From Chiloscyllium plagiosum (taxonomy: Eukaryota), in contig NC_057718.1 of NCBI RefSeq assembly GCF_004010195.1, forward strand, positions 65,167,663-65,209,558: 41,896 nt of DNA. Reading direction: 5' to 3'. A model generated the notes under the pieces. It worked only from the letters and a program-made list of their open reading frames with translations, searched no databases and was not told where the DNA came from. Shown here piece after piece: positions 1-11,925 of the stretch. The translations under genes were made by a program, and so were the position numbers. The first letter of the stretch is position 1. Each line of letters opens with the position of its first letter.

Positions 1-368
1 ACAAGGTTCCCCATGGGAGATTGATTAGCAAGGTTAGATCTCATGGAATAGAGGGAGAACTAGACATTTGGATACAGAACTGGCTCAAAGGTAGAAGACA
101 GAGGGTGGTGGAGGGTAGTTTTTCAGACTGGAGGCCTGTGACCAATGGAGTGCCACAAGGATCTGTGCTGGGCCCTCTACTTTTTGTCATTTACATAAAT
201 GATTTGGATGCGAGTATGTAAGGTACAGTTAGTAAGTTTGCAGATGACACCAAAATTGGAGGTGTCGTGGACAGCGAAGAGGGTTACCTCAGATTACAAC
301 AGGATCTGGACCAGATGGGCCAATGGGCTGAGAAGTGGCAGATGGAGTTTAATTCAGATAAATGCTAG
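1..368 (+). mobile_element. CR1-clade LINE (HER1-like) reverse transcriptase fragment
   Basis: Encodes [21 protein letters not shown] and (K)FADDTK; near-identical to 41243-41608. Confidence 0.93.
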
Positions 369-1034
369 GTGCACAGGTGGATAGAGTGGTCAACAAGGTA
401 TATGGTATGTTTGCCTTCATCGGACGGGGTATTGAGTATAACAGCTAGCAGGTCATGTTAAAATTGCACAAGATTTTGGTTCAGCTGCATTTAGAATACT
501 GTGTACAGTTCTGGTCGCCACATTACCAAAGGATATGGATGCTTTGGAGAGGGTGCAGAGAAGATTTGTGAGGATGTTGCCTAGTATGGAAGGTGCTAGC
601 TATGAAGAGAGGTTGAGTAGGTTAGATTTGTTTTCATTAGAAAAAAGGAGATTGAGGTGGCTCCTGGTTGAGGTTTACAAAATCATGAGGGGTATAGACA
701 GGGTAGATAGAGATAAGATTTTTCCCAGCGTGAGGGATTCAATAACGAGAGGTCACGCATTCAAGGTGAGAGGTGGAAAGTTTAAGGGGGATATACGCGG
801 TAAGTACTTCACACAGAGGGTGGTACGTGCCTGGAACGCGTTGCCAGCAGAGGTAGTAGAGGCAGGCACTGTAGATTCATTTAAGGTGTATCTGGACAGA
901 TGCATGAGTAGGTGGGGAGCAGAGGGACACAGATGCTTAGGAATTGGGCAACAGGTTTAGCCAGTGGATTTGGATCAGCTCAGGCTTGGAGGGCCTATTC
1001 CTGGGCTGTAAATTTTCTTTGTTCTTCTTCTTTG
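369..1034 (+). mobile_element. CR1 LINE 3' end, second subfamily (ORF2 C-terminus + 3'UTR + TTC/TTG tail)
   Basis: ORF 535-960 LERVQRRF..YEERL..LFSLEKRRLR..FTQRVVRAWNALP; ends in a microsatellite-like tail. Confidence 0.9.
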
Positions 1035-1323
1035 CTCAGTGTCGGTAAGGTATGGCAGCAGCAGAGCTCGGTTTCTCCTGGGGCATTGGCACCATTATTG
1101 CTGTTTCTGGAGCGGGACTCCTTAAGGACCGGAACATCATGCAGAAATCTTGTAGAAGCCCTGAGCTTGTGCTTGACCCCAATTTAAACTGAAGACAAAC
1201 TCTTATTTAGGTAATTTCATTTTATTCTTATTGTATCACAAAAAAGCACTGGATTTGGTGACAAAACACTTTTCACTGTATCTTCAAGATATAAATGACA
1301 ATAAATAAATCATTCATCATTCA
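1035..1323 (+). mobile_element. Short non-LTR retroelement 3' end (SINE-like or Rex/Babar-like tail)
   Basis: Ends CACTTTTCACTGTA...CAATAAATAAATCATTCATCATTCAA; same tail motif as the element at 24836-25105 (minus). Confidence 0.5.
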
Positions 1324-1962
1324 ACAAAGATTATCTCATGTAAGTACAGCCAATCATTTTACTCCCCACCCTCATGTAGCACCTCAGGTTTTCTGACTTG
1401 GTCTCGAGAACATAGGATCTTTCATATATTTTTCACCAAATGGATTTGTTCCTTGAATCATCTACAGTGGTACCTCCACTCCATCTGAGTACCCAAAGAG
1501 ACAGTCATTACCAAATAGAAGAACCTCCTTAGCTAGGTTTATTGCAGTTTTCATGGGACAGATTCCCCACAGAATGTATTTGACTTTTTCAATAAATTCT
1601 CTGGCAAAACTCAAGCATGGCCATATAATTGTCTAATTCTGCTTTAATCTTGTCTTCAACGCTCTATCCTGTTTAACAGTATTGCACTCACACAGCTGTT
1701 TATAAACAGGCCACCTGTGTTTGCTAGCCTGCTGCAGCTTTTCATTGGTCTTTACAACAATAGGTTCTTCGTCTTCAGCTGCGGGGCTTTTGTTGTCCTG
1801 CCTCTAGGTCAAGGGTTGCTATGTTACAAGAACTAGTATTTCACGTCACTTAAAACAAAGTATAGTTGTCCCTTTACTTTTGATGCAACATTTTAAAGTC
1901 AATTTTAAACATTCTAAAAACAGATTTCACAAAAGTTTAGAAAAATTAATTGTTTTCCTTAC

Positions 1963-2133
1963 TTTGATGCTTCCAGAAGAAACTCTGGGAGAAAGGCTGC
2001 ATCTGTAAAGTAAGTATCTTTACAAAACAGCTTGTGGACTTGGGGGAAATCAGTATATCCAGGACCATGAGGCTTACTTGATCTGTTCCTAATAATCATT
2101 TGGACCCTTTCCCAATTCTGGAGAAAAGGGAGT
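1963..2133 (-). CDS. Putative internal coding exon of an unidentified host gene (171 bp, phase 2-2): LPFLQNWERVQMIIRNRSSKPHGPGYTDFPQVHKLFCKDTYFTDAAFLPEFLLEAS
   Basis: Acceptor CATCTCCTCCCCTTTCAG|, donor AAA|GTAAGG, open frame, non-repetitive context. Confidence 0.55.
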
Positions 2134-2424
2134 CTGAAAGGGGAGGAGATGATGGTTTTGCAAAGGACAGAAAACATTAACATTGCTATTAATGGGGATT
2201 GGGAAAGGATGCATTCAAAACTAACTTCAGCCAAAGAACCAAACATAGCCAGAGATGTAGAGCTTTGCTAACCTGAACAGTATTGTCTGTCGGTGCCATT
2301 TGTCAGGAGTTTTAATGAAGGTGGACAAAGGGTTGGATTTAGATAAAGCTTACGCATATTTTTCATTTCACAAATAATGAGCTACTTTGGACAGCATTTA
2401 TTCTTTTCAAATGTACAATGACCA

Positions 2425-3003
2425 GAGGTCATGTTGCGGCTGTCCAGAACATTGGTTCGGCCACTTCTGGACTATTCCATGCAATTCTGGTCTCCCTGCT
2501 ATAGGAAGGATGTTGTGAAACTTGAAAAGGGTCAGAAAAGATTTACAAGGATGTTGGCAGGGTTGGAGGTTATGAGTGAGAGGGGGAGGCTGAATAGGCT
2601 GTGGCTATTTTCCCTGGATCATTGGAGACGGAGGAGTGACTTTACAGAGATTTCTAAAATCATGAGGGGCTTAAGTAGGGTAAATAGGCATGGTCATTTC
2701 CCCAGGGCAGGGGAATCCAAAACTAGAGAGCATAGGTTAAGGATGAGAGGGGAAAGATGCAAAAGAGATCTAAGGGATAAAGGTTTCATGCAGAGAGCGG
2801 TGGTGCATGTATGGAATGAGCTGCCAGAGGAAGTAGTGGAGGCTGGTCTTATTGCAACATTTAAATGGCATCTGGATGGGTATATGAATAGGAAGGGTTT
2901 AGAGCGATATGGAGGCAAATGGATTTACATAGGATATCTGGTTTGCACAGAAGATTGGACCAAAGGCTCTGTTTCTGTGTTGTATATTTCTATGATTCTA
3001 AAT
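2425..3003 (+). mobile_element. CR1 LINE 3' fragment
   Basis: ORF 2431-3018 LVRPLLDY.MQFWSP..WNELPEEVVEAG; 3'UTR ending TTCTATGATTCTA. Confidence 0.9.
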
Positions 3004-3039
3004 TTCCATAAGCAATAATTAGCCTGAGAAATGTCTACC

Positions 3040-3993
3040 TTTTTTTCCTAACTAAGGATTCCCTGACACTGTGGTTGACGGGTCCTCAACCATATCTGAA
3101 CTATTTCTCACACTTCTGTTCTTACCCCTTCTCTTCCCTTCCACAACACTGATACAGTTCCCTAATCCTCAATTTCCACTCCAGCAACATCTCCATTCCA
3201 AAGGATCAGATGTTGCCATTTATGCCATCTCCAGTGGGATGCCAACATCACACACATATTTGCCTCTCCTCCCTTGTTAACATTCCACAGGGACGATTCC
3301 CTCTGGGACACTTTGGTCCCTTCCTCCTCCACTCCCAACAACTCCCCAAACTCCCACAGCACCTTCCCATTCAATTGCAGAAGGTGTAACACCTGTCCAT
3401 TTACTCCCTCCCCCCCAACCCATTATCCAAGGACACAGAAAGACCTTCCAGGAGAAGCAGTGACTTACCTGTACTTCACTCCATCTCATCTATTATATTC
3501 ACTGCTCACAATGTGGTCTCCTCTACACTGAGGAGACAGCACACAAAAGGGACTACTGCTTTGTGGAATATGTTGTGTCCTCAAAAATGAAGCTAAACTT
3601 CCAACTGCCTGCCACTTCAACACACCACCATGTTTTCTAGCCAATATCTCTGCCTCAGGCTTGCTACTGTGTTCCAGTGAGGCTCAGTGCAAGCTGGAAC
3701 AATAGAATCTCATTTTCCGCTTGGGGATCCTGTAGTCTTCAGGACTCAGTATTGAGTTCAATCATTTCAGGGCCTGAACACCTCTTCAATTTCCTTGACC
3801 CACCTACACACCCCAGACCTGGTCATCAAATAGGCTGCTTTCAACACAACCAACCCATTTTCACCTACTTATGGTCCTCATTAGCAGCTTTTCTTTCTCC
3901 CTGGGCTGCCCTTATACATCCCCTTGTGTGCCTAATAGTTTTCCCTTCCTCTGGGCTTCATTTCCATGTATCACTTACTCCTCTACTGCCAAA

Positions 3994-4029
<36 letters not shown>

Positions 4030-4197
4030 ACCCCNNNNNNNNNNACAATCACCCCCACCCTGGTTTCAGCTCATATACCACCTTTTTCTAGCTGCTACTA
4101 GTTCTGATGGAGAGTCATTGGACTTGAAATTTTACTCTGCTTTCTCTGCATCGATGCTGCTGAAACCTGCTGAGTTTCTTCAGCAATTTCTGTTTTT
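3040..4197 (+). mobile_element. Degenerate Penelope-like element (GIY-YIG region + terminal pLTR with decayed hammerhead at ~4100-4135)
   Basis: FPFNCRRCNTCP and YYIHCSQCGLLY.EE-like GIY-YIG motifs; CTGATGG-AGAGTC-ATTG-GACTT-GAAA; contains poly-C and a 10-N gap at 4035-4044. Confidence 0.8.
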
Positions 4198-4716
4198 AAA
4201 TGAGATCATTAGACCAGTTAATCTGTTTTGAATGAAAAAAAAGTGTTGGCCAAGAACAGTTCTTTTTCAGATGTTAAAGAATCTTTAATGTTCACTGATC
4301 CTTTTTGATAACAGTGTCCCTCAGTATTGCACAGTGTCAATCTAATTTTGACTTCAAGTATTAAAATGGGTCTGGAAACCAGGTCTTTTTGACTTTTAGG
4401 CTAATCTGGCAGCTGTTTGTAGACAAATGCATTTAAAATAATGATGTGAAGGAATGCTACGGAGGGAAGAATACAAAGCTTCAGAATGAATGAGTAGTGT
4501 TGATGAAGATTTTTTCAGCTGGGATCCAGATTGTATCTTCAGTGGACATGAAGCCTGAATGATGCTTGGCTTCTTAGGTGCTAGAGTTCAGGCTACAGCA
4601 AGCAAACATAGGACTGAAGACAAACCCCCAGAGGTCATGGTCCATGTGATGTAGATTGAAGTGTTTTTCAGGGTCTCCTCAATTAAGTTTTAATTGCCAG
4701 TATTTGTCATCTGGTT

Positions 4717-4871
4717 GGGAGAAAGTGAGCACTGCAGATGCTGGAAATCAGAATTGAAGAAGGTGTTGCTGGAAAAGCACAGCCAGCCAGGCAGCATCCG
4801 AGGAGCAGGAGAGTCGACGTTTCGGGCATAAGCCTGACCGGCTGTGCTTTTCCAGCACTATACTCTTCGAC
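4717..4871 (-). mobile_element. Short Penelope pLTR insertion with internal foldback, 14-bp TSD
   Basis: TTTGTCATCTGGTT at 4703-4716 and 4872-4885; 4717-4834 is a minus-strand pLTR and 4832-4871 a plus-strand partial copy. Confidence 0.85.
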
Positions 4872-4944
4872 TTTGTCATCTGGTTACCAATACATCTGCC
4901 ACAGAAAATAATGGGATAAATTTGAGCTATCAAAACCATTCATG

Positions 4945-6305
4945 AGTTTGTACACTTCCATTAAGCTTCCTCTTAACCTAATCTCTGAGGGGAACAATTC
5001 TCATGTTGCCAGTCTCCCACATAACTGAAGTCCACAGCCTGGCAACATTCCAGTAAATGTCTTCTGCATTTTGTCCAAGGCTGTGGCATCCTTCGAAAAA
5101 TGTAGTGCCCAGAAGTCATCATCATATTCCAATTAAGATATTAATGCTTCATAAAGCTTTACTATAACTTCCTTCCTTTTAGTATATCAGTCCTCTATTC
5201 ATAAACTTAAAGATTCCACAGGCTTTTTTAAAAAATCAGCCTTCTCAATTTGCTCTGCCAACTTCAAATGTATTGTACGTAGACCCCTACTGTTTCTACT
5301 CCTACTTTAGTCCTGTGCCAGCTCATTCACATTACTTCTTTCATTCTTTCTACCAAAACGTATCATTTTACACTTCTCTGCATTAAATTATTGCTACCAG
5401 GCTGAATAGAGGGGAAAATGAAAAAGGAAATGAGGCAAAGAGAGAGTATGAGAATAGAATGGCAGCTAATATAAAAATGAATCAAAAAATATTTCTATAG
5501 GTAGATAGAAAGTAAAAAAGAATACGACGGGGATGGGTAGGGCTGATCGGTAACCATTCAGGAGACCTCTATATAGAGGCAGAGGGCACAGCCACAGTTA
5601 AACACATGTATTTTGCATGTATCTTCATCAAAGAAAGTGCATCTGTCAGAATTATTGTGAAAGAGAGATAGTTCAGACACTAGATGGATGAAAATTGATA
5701 TAGAGGAGGTGTTAGAAAGGAAATCACAAGGACCAAGTGGAATACATCTGAAAATACTGAAGAAAGTACAGTTGAAATTTGCAGAGGTCGGGGCTATAAC
5801 CATCCAGTCTTGTTAGATATCGTTAGTCTTTCCAGGGGACTAGAGAATTGCAACGTTAAAGTTTTTCCAAGCTTTTAGAAATAATAATCATGGACAAGAT
5901 TAACAGTCACTTGGACAAGTATAGATTTAGAACGGAAAGTCAGCACAGATTTGTTGAAGGCAAATTATGTTTAACCAACTGGTTTATTATTTTAATGAGT
6001 TAACAGAGATGACTCGTCTGGGTAATCCAGTTAATGTGTTGCAATGGTTGCAATGTTTGATAAAGTGCCGCAGTATAAGTTGTCAACAATTTGAAGCCCA
6101 TACCGAATAAAAGGGGCAGTGGATGCATTGATACAAAGCTGACTAAGTGACAAGAAACATAGTAATGGTGAACAGCTGTTTTTCAGATTGAATAAAGTAA
6201 TATATTGGTGTTTCCAGGGCATTAGGTTTACTACTTGATCTATGTTAGGGATTTAGACTTGATGTATAAGGTACAGTCCAGAATTTGTAGATGACACAAA
6301 CATTT
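4945..6305 (-). mobile_element. Old CR1 LINE with 5' inversion (minus ~4945-5400; plus ~5400-6305)
   Basis: Plus part runs from the EIR.AKREYE region to the F(V)DDT motif; minus part starts at FNAEKCKMI.FG and runs toward the 3' end. Confidence 0.7.
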
Positions 6306-6977
6306 GCTCCATCCATGCCCCCTCAAGCTCTCTATGCCAAGCAATGGCACTTCCATGTCTATTGACCCATGTTAGATCCACTGTGTAGAGCCAATGAATA
6401 ATATGATGTGTAAAAAAAGACTTTCAAAAAGTCATCCATTAATTGCTTTCCACTGTGGCAAAAAGGCCATATTATTACAGGCAATAAATGTGCCAATCAC
6501 CCAGTATCAATAGCAGAAAACACAATCACTTGAAACCTCTTTACCTTACATAAATATTGTGTACCTGCAGCAGAGGTCACTGGGCCAGAACTATCAATGA
6601 GGGAAAGTTTCCCTTTGCATTCAGATGCTTCAAGCATGTAATGAGTTTCTCATCCCAGCTAAGCGTCATTATGCATTCTTGCCCAAGTAGCAAAGATGGC
6701 CACTTTTAGTCATGTCATTGAAACTCAAACTCAGGTCCATACCAAACCAGCAATCTGAGTAGACTGTAGGTCAATGTGTATTCATAGTTTGGACTTCAGC
6801 CCAGCAGTGCTAAGGTAAATTAATAAGCTTGGAATGCATGCGGAATGTGTCTTTGAGAATAACAGTGCTTTTTGGAGAGAGATTTTTTTTTTTTAAAGAA
6901 ACATAGAGGCAATCCAGCACATTGGCACACAATGTTCTGCAGATTAGTAATAAGTGGGTCACAAATCATCAGGGAAA

Positions 6978-7303
6978 TGACAGTGTAGTTGTAATATCAC
7001 TACACTTGTAATCCAGAAACCCAGGCTAAAGTTCTGGGGACATGAGTTTGAATCCCCTCATAGCAAATGATGAAATTTGAACACAATTTTAAAAACACTT
7101 AGAATAAGTAGCTAGCCAAATGGTGACCATTGTCACAAAAACTCCATATCACTAAGTGTTCTTTCAGGAAGGAAAATTACCGTCCTTATCTAGTCTGACC
7201 TGTATGTGACTCCAGACGCATATTTTGACTATCACCTGACCTCTGGGTAATTAGGAATGGGCTTCAGAGACACCTCCATCCCATGACTGAATTTTTAAAA
7301 AAG
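6978..7303 (+). mobile_element. Degenerate tRNA-derived SINE (elasmobranch family other than HE1)
   Basis: tRNA-like head with B-box-like GAGTTTGAATCCC, body AGGAAGGAAA..CCGTCCTTA..TGACTCCAGAC, A-rich end. Confidence 0.65.
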
Positions 7304-7516
7304 TGATTCCCACATTAATACAGAAGAAAAGGTATTGAATGCAAATGAGGTTTCTCTCCACAGGGAAGAGAAAATCTGTATGTGCGTCTATAACATCCGT
7401 GCTGAGTGATGCAATTGAGAAGAATTGTGAATGTTTTGTCTTCTGCACATTATGAGAACAGTGAGAGGTCTGAGAGGAAACAAGATATGTGGAACAAGGA
7501 AAAGTGGGGCTGGAGT

Positions 7517-7799
7517 GGGTGGCACGGTGGCACAGTGGTTAGCACTGCTGCCTCACAGCATCAGAGACCTGGGTTCAATTTCTGCCTCAGGCAACTGTCT
7601 GTGTGGAGTTTGCACATTCTCCCTGTGTCTGCGTGGGTTTCCTCCAGTTCTCCGGTTTCCTCCCACAGTCCAAAAATGTGTAGGTTAGGTGAATTGGCCA
7701 TGCTAAATTGCCCGTAGTGTTAGATGTAGGGGAATGGGTTGGTGTGGGCTTGTTGGGCTGAAGGGCCTGTTTCCACACTGTAAGTAATCTAATCTAAAA
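7517..7799 (+). mobile_element. HE1-type SINE
   Basis: GGCACGGTGGCACAGTGGTTAGCACTGCTGCCTCACAGC head (A box), GGTTCAATT B box, CR1-derived tail, (TAATC)n end. Confidence 0.92.
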
Positions 7800-8377
7800 T
7801 AATGACAGACTACCAAACTGAACGGTAATTGTTTGTTACCAAAGAGCAGGTGATAGTTGTTAATTAATTCCGGCAACGTTTTTAATGTAGAACAGTACAT
7901 CATAGCAGTGCCAGCTCTGCTGCTAGGATACCCTGTCACACTGAATCAAGTGATCCAAATCTGTTGGTCAGAGAACACATTTGTAGCATTTAAACTGGAG
8001 CTCCAAAACAATATACAGCTCTGTACTCGTTCACCTGAAAGGTAGACTGAATAGTGATACTTAGACAAACTGTTAACTAATAACAAATTGGATTTAACTC
8101 TTTGAAAACCATGCCCTCACTTTCAAATAACTCTTCAATCAAAATCCAGAGTCTACGTGGAGAAGGCGCTCTTCATATTTCTTCTGCTGATTATGAAAAA
8201 TCTCGATAGAGTTAATGTGGCAAAGAAAAACTGAAGTCAATTAAAAAAAAACCTTGAAATTAATACAATGTGATTGGAATGAAGATGCATTTTAAATCTG
8301 GAAATTTCAGTTTTGTGCGATCAGCAACGTAAACATTCCCATGAATTAATGCTCTCAATCATTGCAATGGAATGTGA

Positions 8378-9142
8378 TTACCTTATTTCTATTAAAACAT
8401 ATTCCTTGATGAATTCATGGGCTGAATTTTATCAGAAATTCTGGCTTTCAATTTTGACAAGTTTCATGGAAGAGTTCTCTCACATAACTTTTCCAAACTA
8501 CCTCATCACACATGCACCAGATTCCTATGGCATCCTGTTCGTCATATTCACTTACTCACCTCAGGCAAAAGTATGGCCACTGCCAGGACCTCACAGAATT
8601 CCTGGTGCCTTTATTTTTAAAGTCCAGCTATGCACATCAGTCAAACTGTGCCCTACACAGTTCCTGTCAATTACTTCAGATATGTTGGGCAAGGCAAATT
8701 GGCATTCTGCTTTGCCAATGGGGACCTATGCGTATTGGTGTACGGGGGATGGATGCAGACACTGACAATGGAATATTACTTGAGATGTTCATGTCTGATG
8801 GAGGCCCAGAGGAGTAAGCAGCAAGCTGCAATCGCCAGATTACCATTCTGACTTTCAGTTTGGGCATTGTCACTATCTAGTTGTTATCCAGTAGGTGGGA
8901 GAAATGGGAATTGCATATCAATGAGGAAAAATGTCATTAATAAGGATATTAATGTGTGCTAATGAATGCAAATAAGCCTATCGCCACTTACAAGTGAGAA
9001 TCCCATCTCATTATTCCACACTTGGTTGGAAAATGAGACACTTTGCTCTTAATGACAGGAAATTCCTCGCTGATCATCTCCTATGAGTTTCTCAACTTCA
9101 CTGCCACGGCCCACATCATTCAGAGGCCCTGAATGTTCTGAC
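8378..9142. mobile_element. Degenerate non-autonomous DNA transposon-like repeat (probably Harbinger-derived)
   Basis: Starts GGGCTGAATTTT; left part is similar to 32500-32720 (shared TCAATTTTGACAAGTT); boundaries approximate. Confidence 0.45.
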
Positions 9143-9689
9143 TTAATACAGTTTTATAACAGGGCTGAAATAGGTTTATTAGAAGAAAAGCATTTGTAAT
9201 TTAAAAACCGGTTTCTCACAGGTAGAGAACTAATTACAATCTTCGAAAATCTGATTTCTGCACTGAAGTGAGTAAACATTAACATTATGGAATATTAGGA
9301 AAGTAAGAAGAGCATCTCTGAAAACTTGCAAACCCAGGTTCCGGTTCCAAATAATGGCACTATGAAACAGCTCCTACGCACATGCTTAGTCACTATTCTT
9401 AGAGTAACGTTATCGTTAACCCTTTATACAGACCAGTTTCTTGTACAAAGAAACTCAAAAACATTTATAAAATGCTACCTGGTATCTGTGTGGCTAAGAT
9501 CATGTTCAAGTGAAATGCCTCCTCAAATACTCTGAGTGTATTTTAAGGAAAATTGCCAAATTCACAAGTTGGATATGGGACATTGTGTGACATTAAAAAT
9601 TGGGGAACATTGATTTATGCTGGATGTGACAGGCATTTATCCTTCTGCAACCTTTTGTGCCTGCTTGGAGAATTTCAAATGGAAACCAA

Positions 9690-9928
9690 TGTGCAACAAA
9701 TCCATAGAGGCTGCCATTCTGTCACCCAGGCTCTGTTTATTTACATGTGGAGAGGCCTTGATACTGATCCAGCTCCCTCAGAGTCAGCTCTCAGAGTTAA
9801 ACAGGATATCTGGCACTCTTGTTCTTATTTGTCAGCCAGGAATCCAAGATTGGACAAGAGTAACCGCCACAATCAGGGAACTCATATTCAATGACCTTTA
9901 CCTGGCTGACTTCATTACAGTCATTACA
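9690..9928 (-). mobile_element. 3' LTR of a Gypsy retrotransposon
   Basis: TG...CA termini on the minus strand, preceded by polypurine tract AGAGAGGGACAGA (9929-9941), internal AATAAA. Confidence 0.75.
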
Positions 9929-10029
9929 TCTGTCCCTCTCTGAGTCCAAGGACTGGTTCACTCCTTGGATCTCCTCCTGGGGCATTTTAACACAAGGTCA
10001 GGTTTCTCCAACTCTGCCTCTGATATGGG

Positions 10030-10975
10030 TGGCGTGTAATGCATAGTAGCTCATCTCTTGGACCTGAAGCATCTCAGAAAAAAATCATTCTCTTCTTCAG
10101 TCACCAAAGGCATCAAGGTGGCAACAGCTGCAGAACCCATTTCAGATTCTGAGGTATCTTTAACACCTGATTGACTTGGAGAACCCATGGGTTCCAGATC
10201 AGTCAGAAAGGCTGTTGAGAAGCCTGGCAGGTTTTGCTTCTGCACCATTTGTGAGTTTGCAACTTTCATATGGTCCACATGCTTGTTCAGGACTGTCATA
10301 CCTCCCCAAACTTTACACACCACTGCACCTGATCGTGTGTCCATGTTGGGCCATTCCTGTGGTTCCTATACAAAACCTTGTCTCCTGAAGTAAGTAGTCT
10401 TTTGTCCGTCATTGGCATTCTTGATGCCATTTCACCTTCACCCCCAGGTCTGGAAAATCAGATTTAACCTGGTGCAGAGTCTTCTCCCCATTAGCAAGGA
10501 GTTATCCTTGTAGTTGCAAGAAGGGTGGTCCAGAACAGTTTGGAATATATTGTAACTGTGAGCTTTTTTTTAAGCTTACCTTTAAAGTTTGGACTGCTCT
10601 TTCTGCCAGACCATTGAATGATGGATGGAATGAAACTGTCTTTATCTCTCAAATACTGATGAAGGGTCTTTGCCCGAAACATTGTTTTTACCTCTCCTCG
10701 GATGCTGCCTGAACTACTGTGCTTTTCCAGCACCACTCTAATCTAGAATCTGGTTTCCAGCATCTGCAGTCCTTGTTTTACATATCTCTCAAATACAGTT
10801 GACTTTAGGAAATACTCAATTCCCTGCTGGTAAATGATAGCCCGTCATTTGTAACCAACACTCCAGGGCGTCTGTGGATTGCAAAAGATGTGCACAATTT
10901 TTCTATCGTCATGGCCACGTACGTCCAGCCACTTTGAGTAGGTGTCCACAATGACTAAAAACATTGCAGGTCCTT
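10030..10975 (-). pseudogene. Gypsy integrase (rve core + C-terminal domain), disrupted
   Basis: MFLVIVDTYSKWLDV..LVTNDG.SFTS..HPSFNGLAERAVQTLK; SGAVVCKV..VLNKHVDHMK. Confidence 0.85.
10657..10782 (+). mobile_element. 126-bp Penelope pLTR insertion with hammerhead core, 14-bp TSD
   Basis: TATCTCTCAAATAC at 10643-10656 and 10783-10796; begins (C)TGATGA-AGGGTCTTTGCCC-GAAAC. Confidence 0.88.
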
Positions 10976-11049
10976 TCATTTTTTGCTCAAAAATGCACAA
11001 TCTGCAGGCAGTCAATGCAGGCGGTCAATCCATGTAATATTTTCTAATT

Positions 11050-11437
11050 TCCACTTTGGAAATAGAACCAATCTGACTCAACAATTGGATACAGACAGAT
11101 TCTGACTTCACACCTTTAATGCATTGTCTGAGCTGAGATGTCATCTTTTGTTTTAAAACCTTAAGTTATCTTGAGAAGATATTTTACAAGAAGTTCTGGG
11201 ATTTACATATTAATGAACCAAAACCTGCAACCCATTCTAAAAGATGAAAGACTTAACAACAATCCAGATTTGTTTAATATATCATTCTAGTTGTATGACA
11301 CTGTAATCGTTTGCTGTGAACTCTGTGTCTTATGATCTTATACTCCACAACCACCTGATGAAGAAACAGCACACATAAAGCTAGTGCTTCCATATAAACC
11401 TGTTGGACTATAACTTGGTATTGTGTGATTTTTAACT
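11050..11437 (+). mobile_element. 3' end of a second Penelope-like family with decayed hammerhead (11352-11386)
   Basis: CAC-CTGATGA-...-TAAAG-CTA-GTG followed by TAAACCTGTTGGACTATAAC terminal motif. Confidence 0.65.
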
Positions 11438-11705
11438 GGGCTCTGGGGAGTCAGGAGGTGAGTTACATGCTGCAGTATTCTTCACCTAAGGTTTTTTAAT
11501 TCCTGGTCTTCCCGGAACAATCTCGAAGAAACATTATTATAAAATGCATTGATCATATTTTATCTTGTGTTTAACTCTATGATCACTCAACAATCCTGCA
11601 ATTAATATAATCACAAATTTGTCAGTGTGACAATCATTATATATCAACAGGATAACTCTGCCTAATGACAATGTACAGACAAGGATAATGCAGCATGTAA
11701 CTTAC

Positions 11706-11730
11706 CCATGAGCAATTCCAATGACCGCAC
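11706..11730 (-). CDS. Candidate 25-bp micro-exon (phase 1-2), (G)AVIGIAH(G)
   Basis: TATTCTTAAG| acceptor, TGG|GTAAGT donor; phase bridges 14662-14739 and 1963-2133. Confidence 0.2.
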
Positions 11731-11744
11731 CTTAAGAATAATAC

Positions 11745-11925
11745 ATTGACTTTGAATAAAGCATAGTATAGATTTACCAAAAGAAACCACGAACACCAAG
11801 AGTTAAATTATAGGGAGAGATTACTGAAAATTGGGTAAATTTACTGGAATTTAGAAGATTAAACAGCAATTTGGTTGAAGTTTTCAAACTATTAAGGGAA
11901 CCAATAGTGTAAATGGAGAGAAACC
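11745..11925 (+). mobile_element. Old CR1 3' fragment
   Basis: LNYRERL..LEFRRL..LVEVFK-like degenerate coding. Confidence 0.55.

Noticed and set aside
1690..1803. Possible next exon (QDNKSPAAEDEEPIVVK...RWPVYKQL, GTGAGT donor)
   Set aside because: The better acceptors give a frame with an early stop; the protein-like frame needs a weak GAG acceptor, so unresolved
3677..4231. 184-aa proline-rich ORF
   Set aside because: Arises from a poly-C run and an N gap inside a Penelope relic
7517..7590. tRNA gene
   Set aside because: tRNA-derived SINE head, not a complete cloverleaf gene
7251..7939. Overlapping ORFs here and at 18475-18963 and 37121-37444
   Set aside because: Spurious translations of HE1 SINEs
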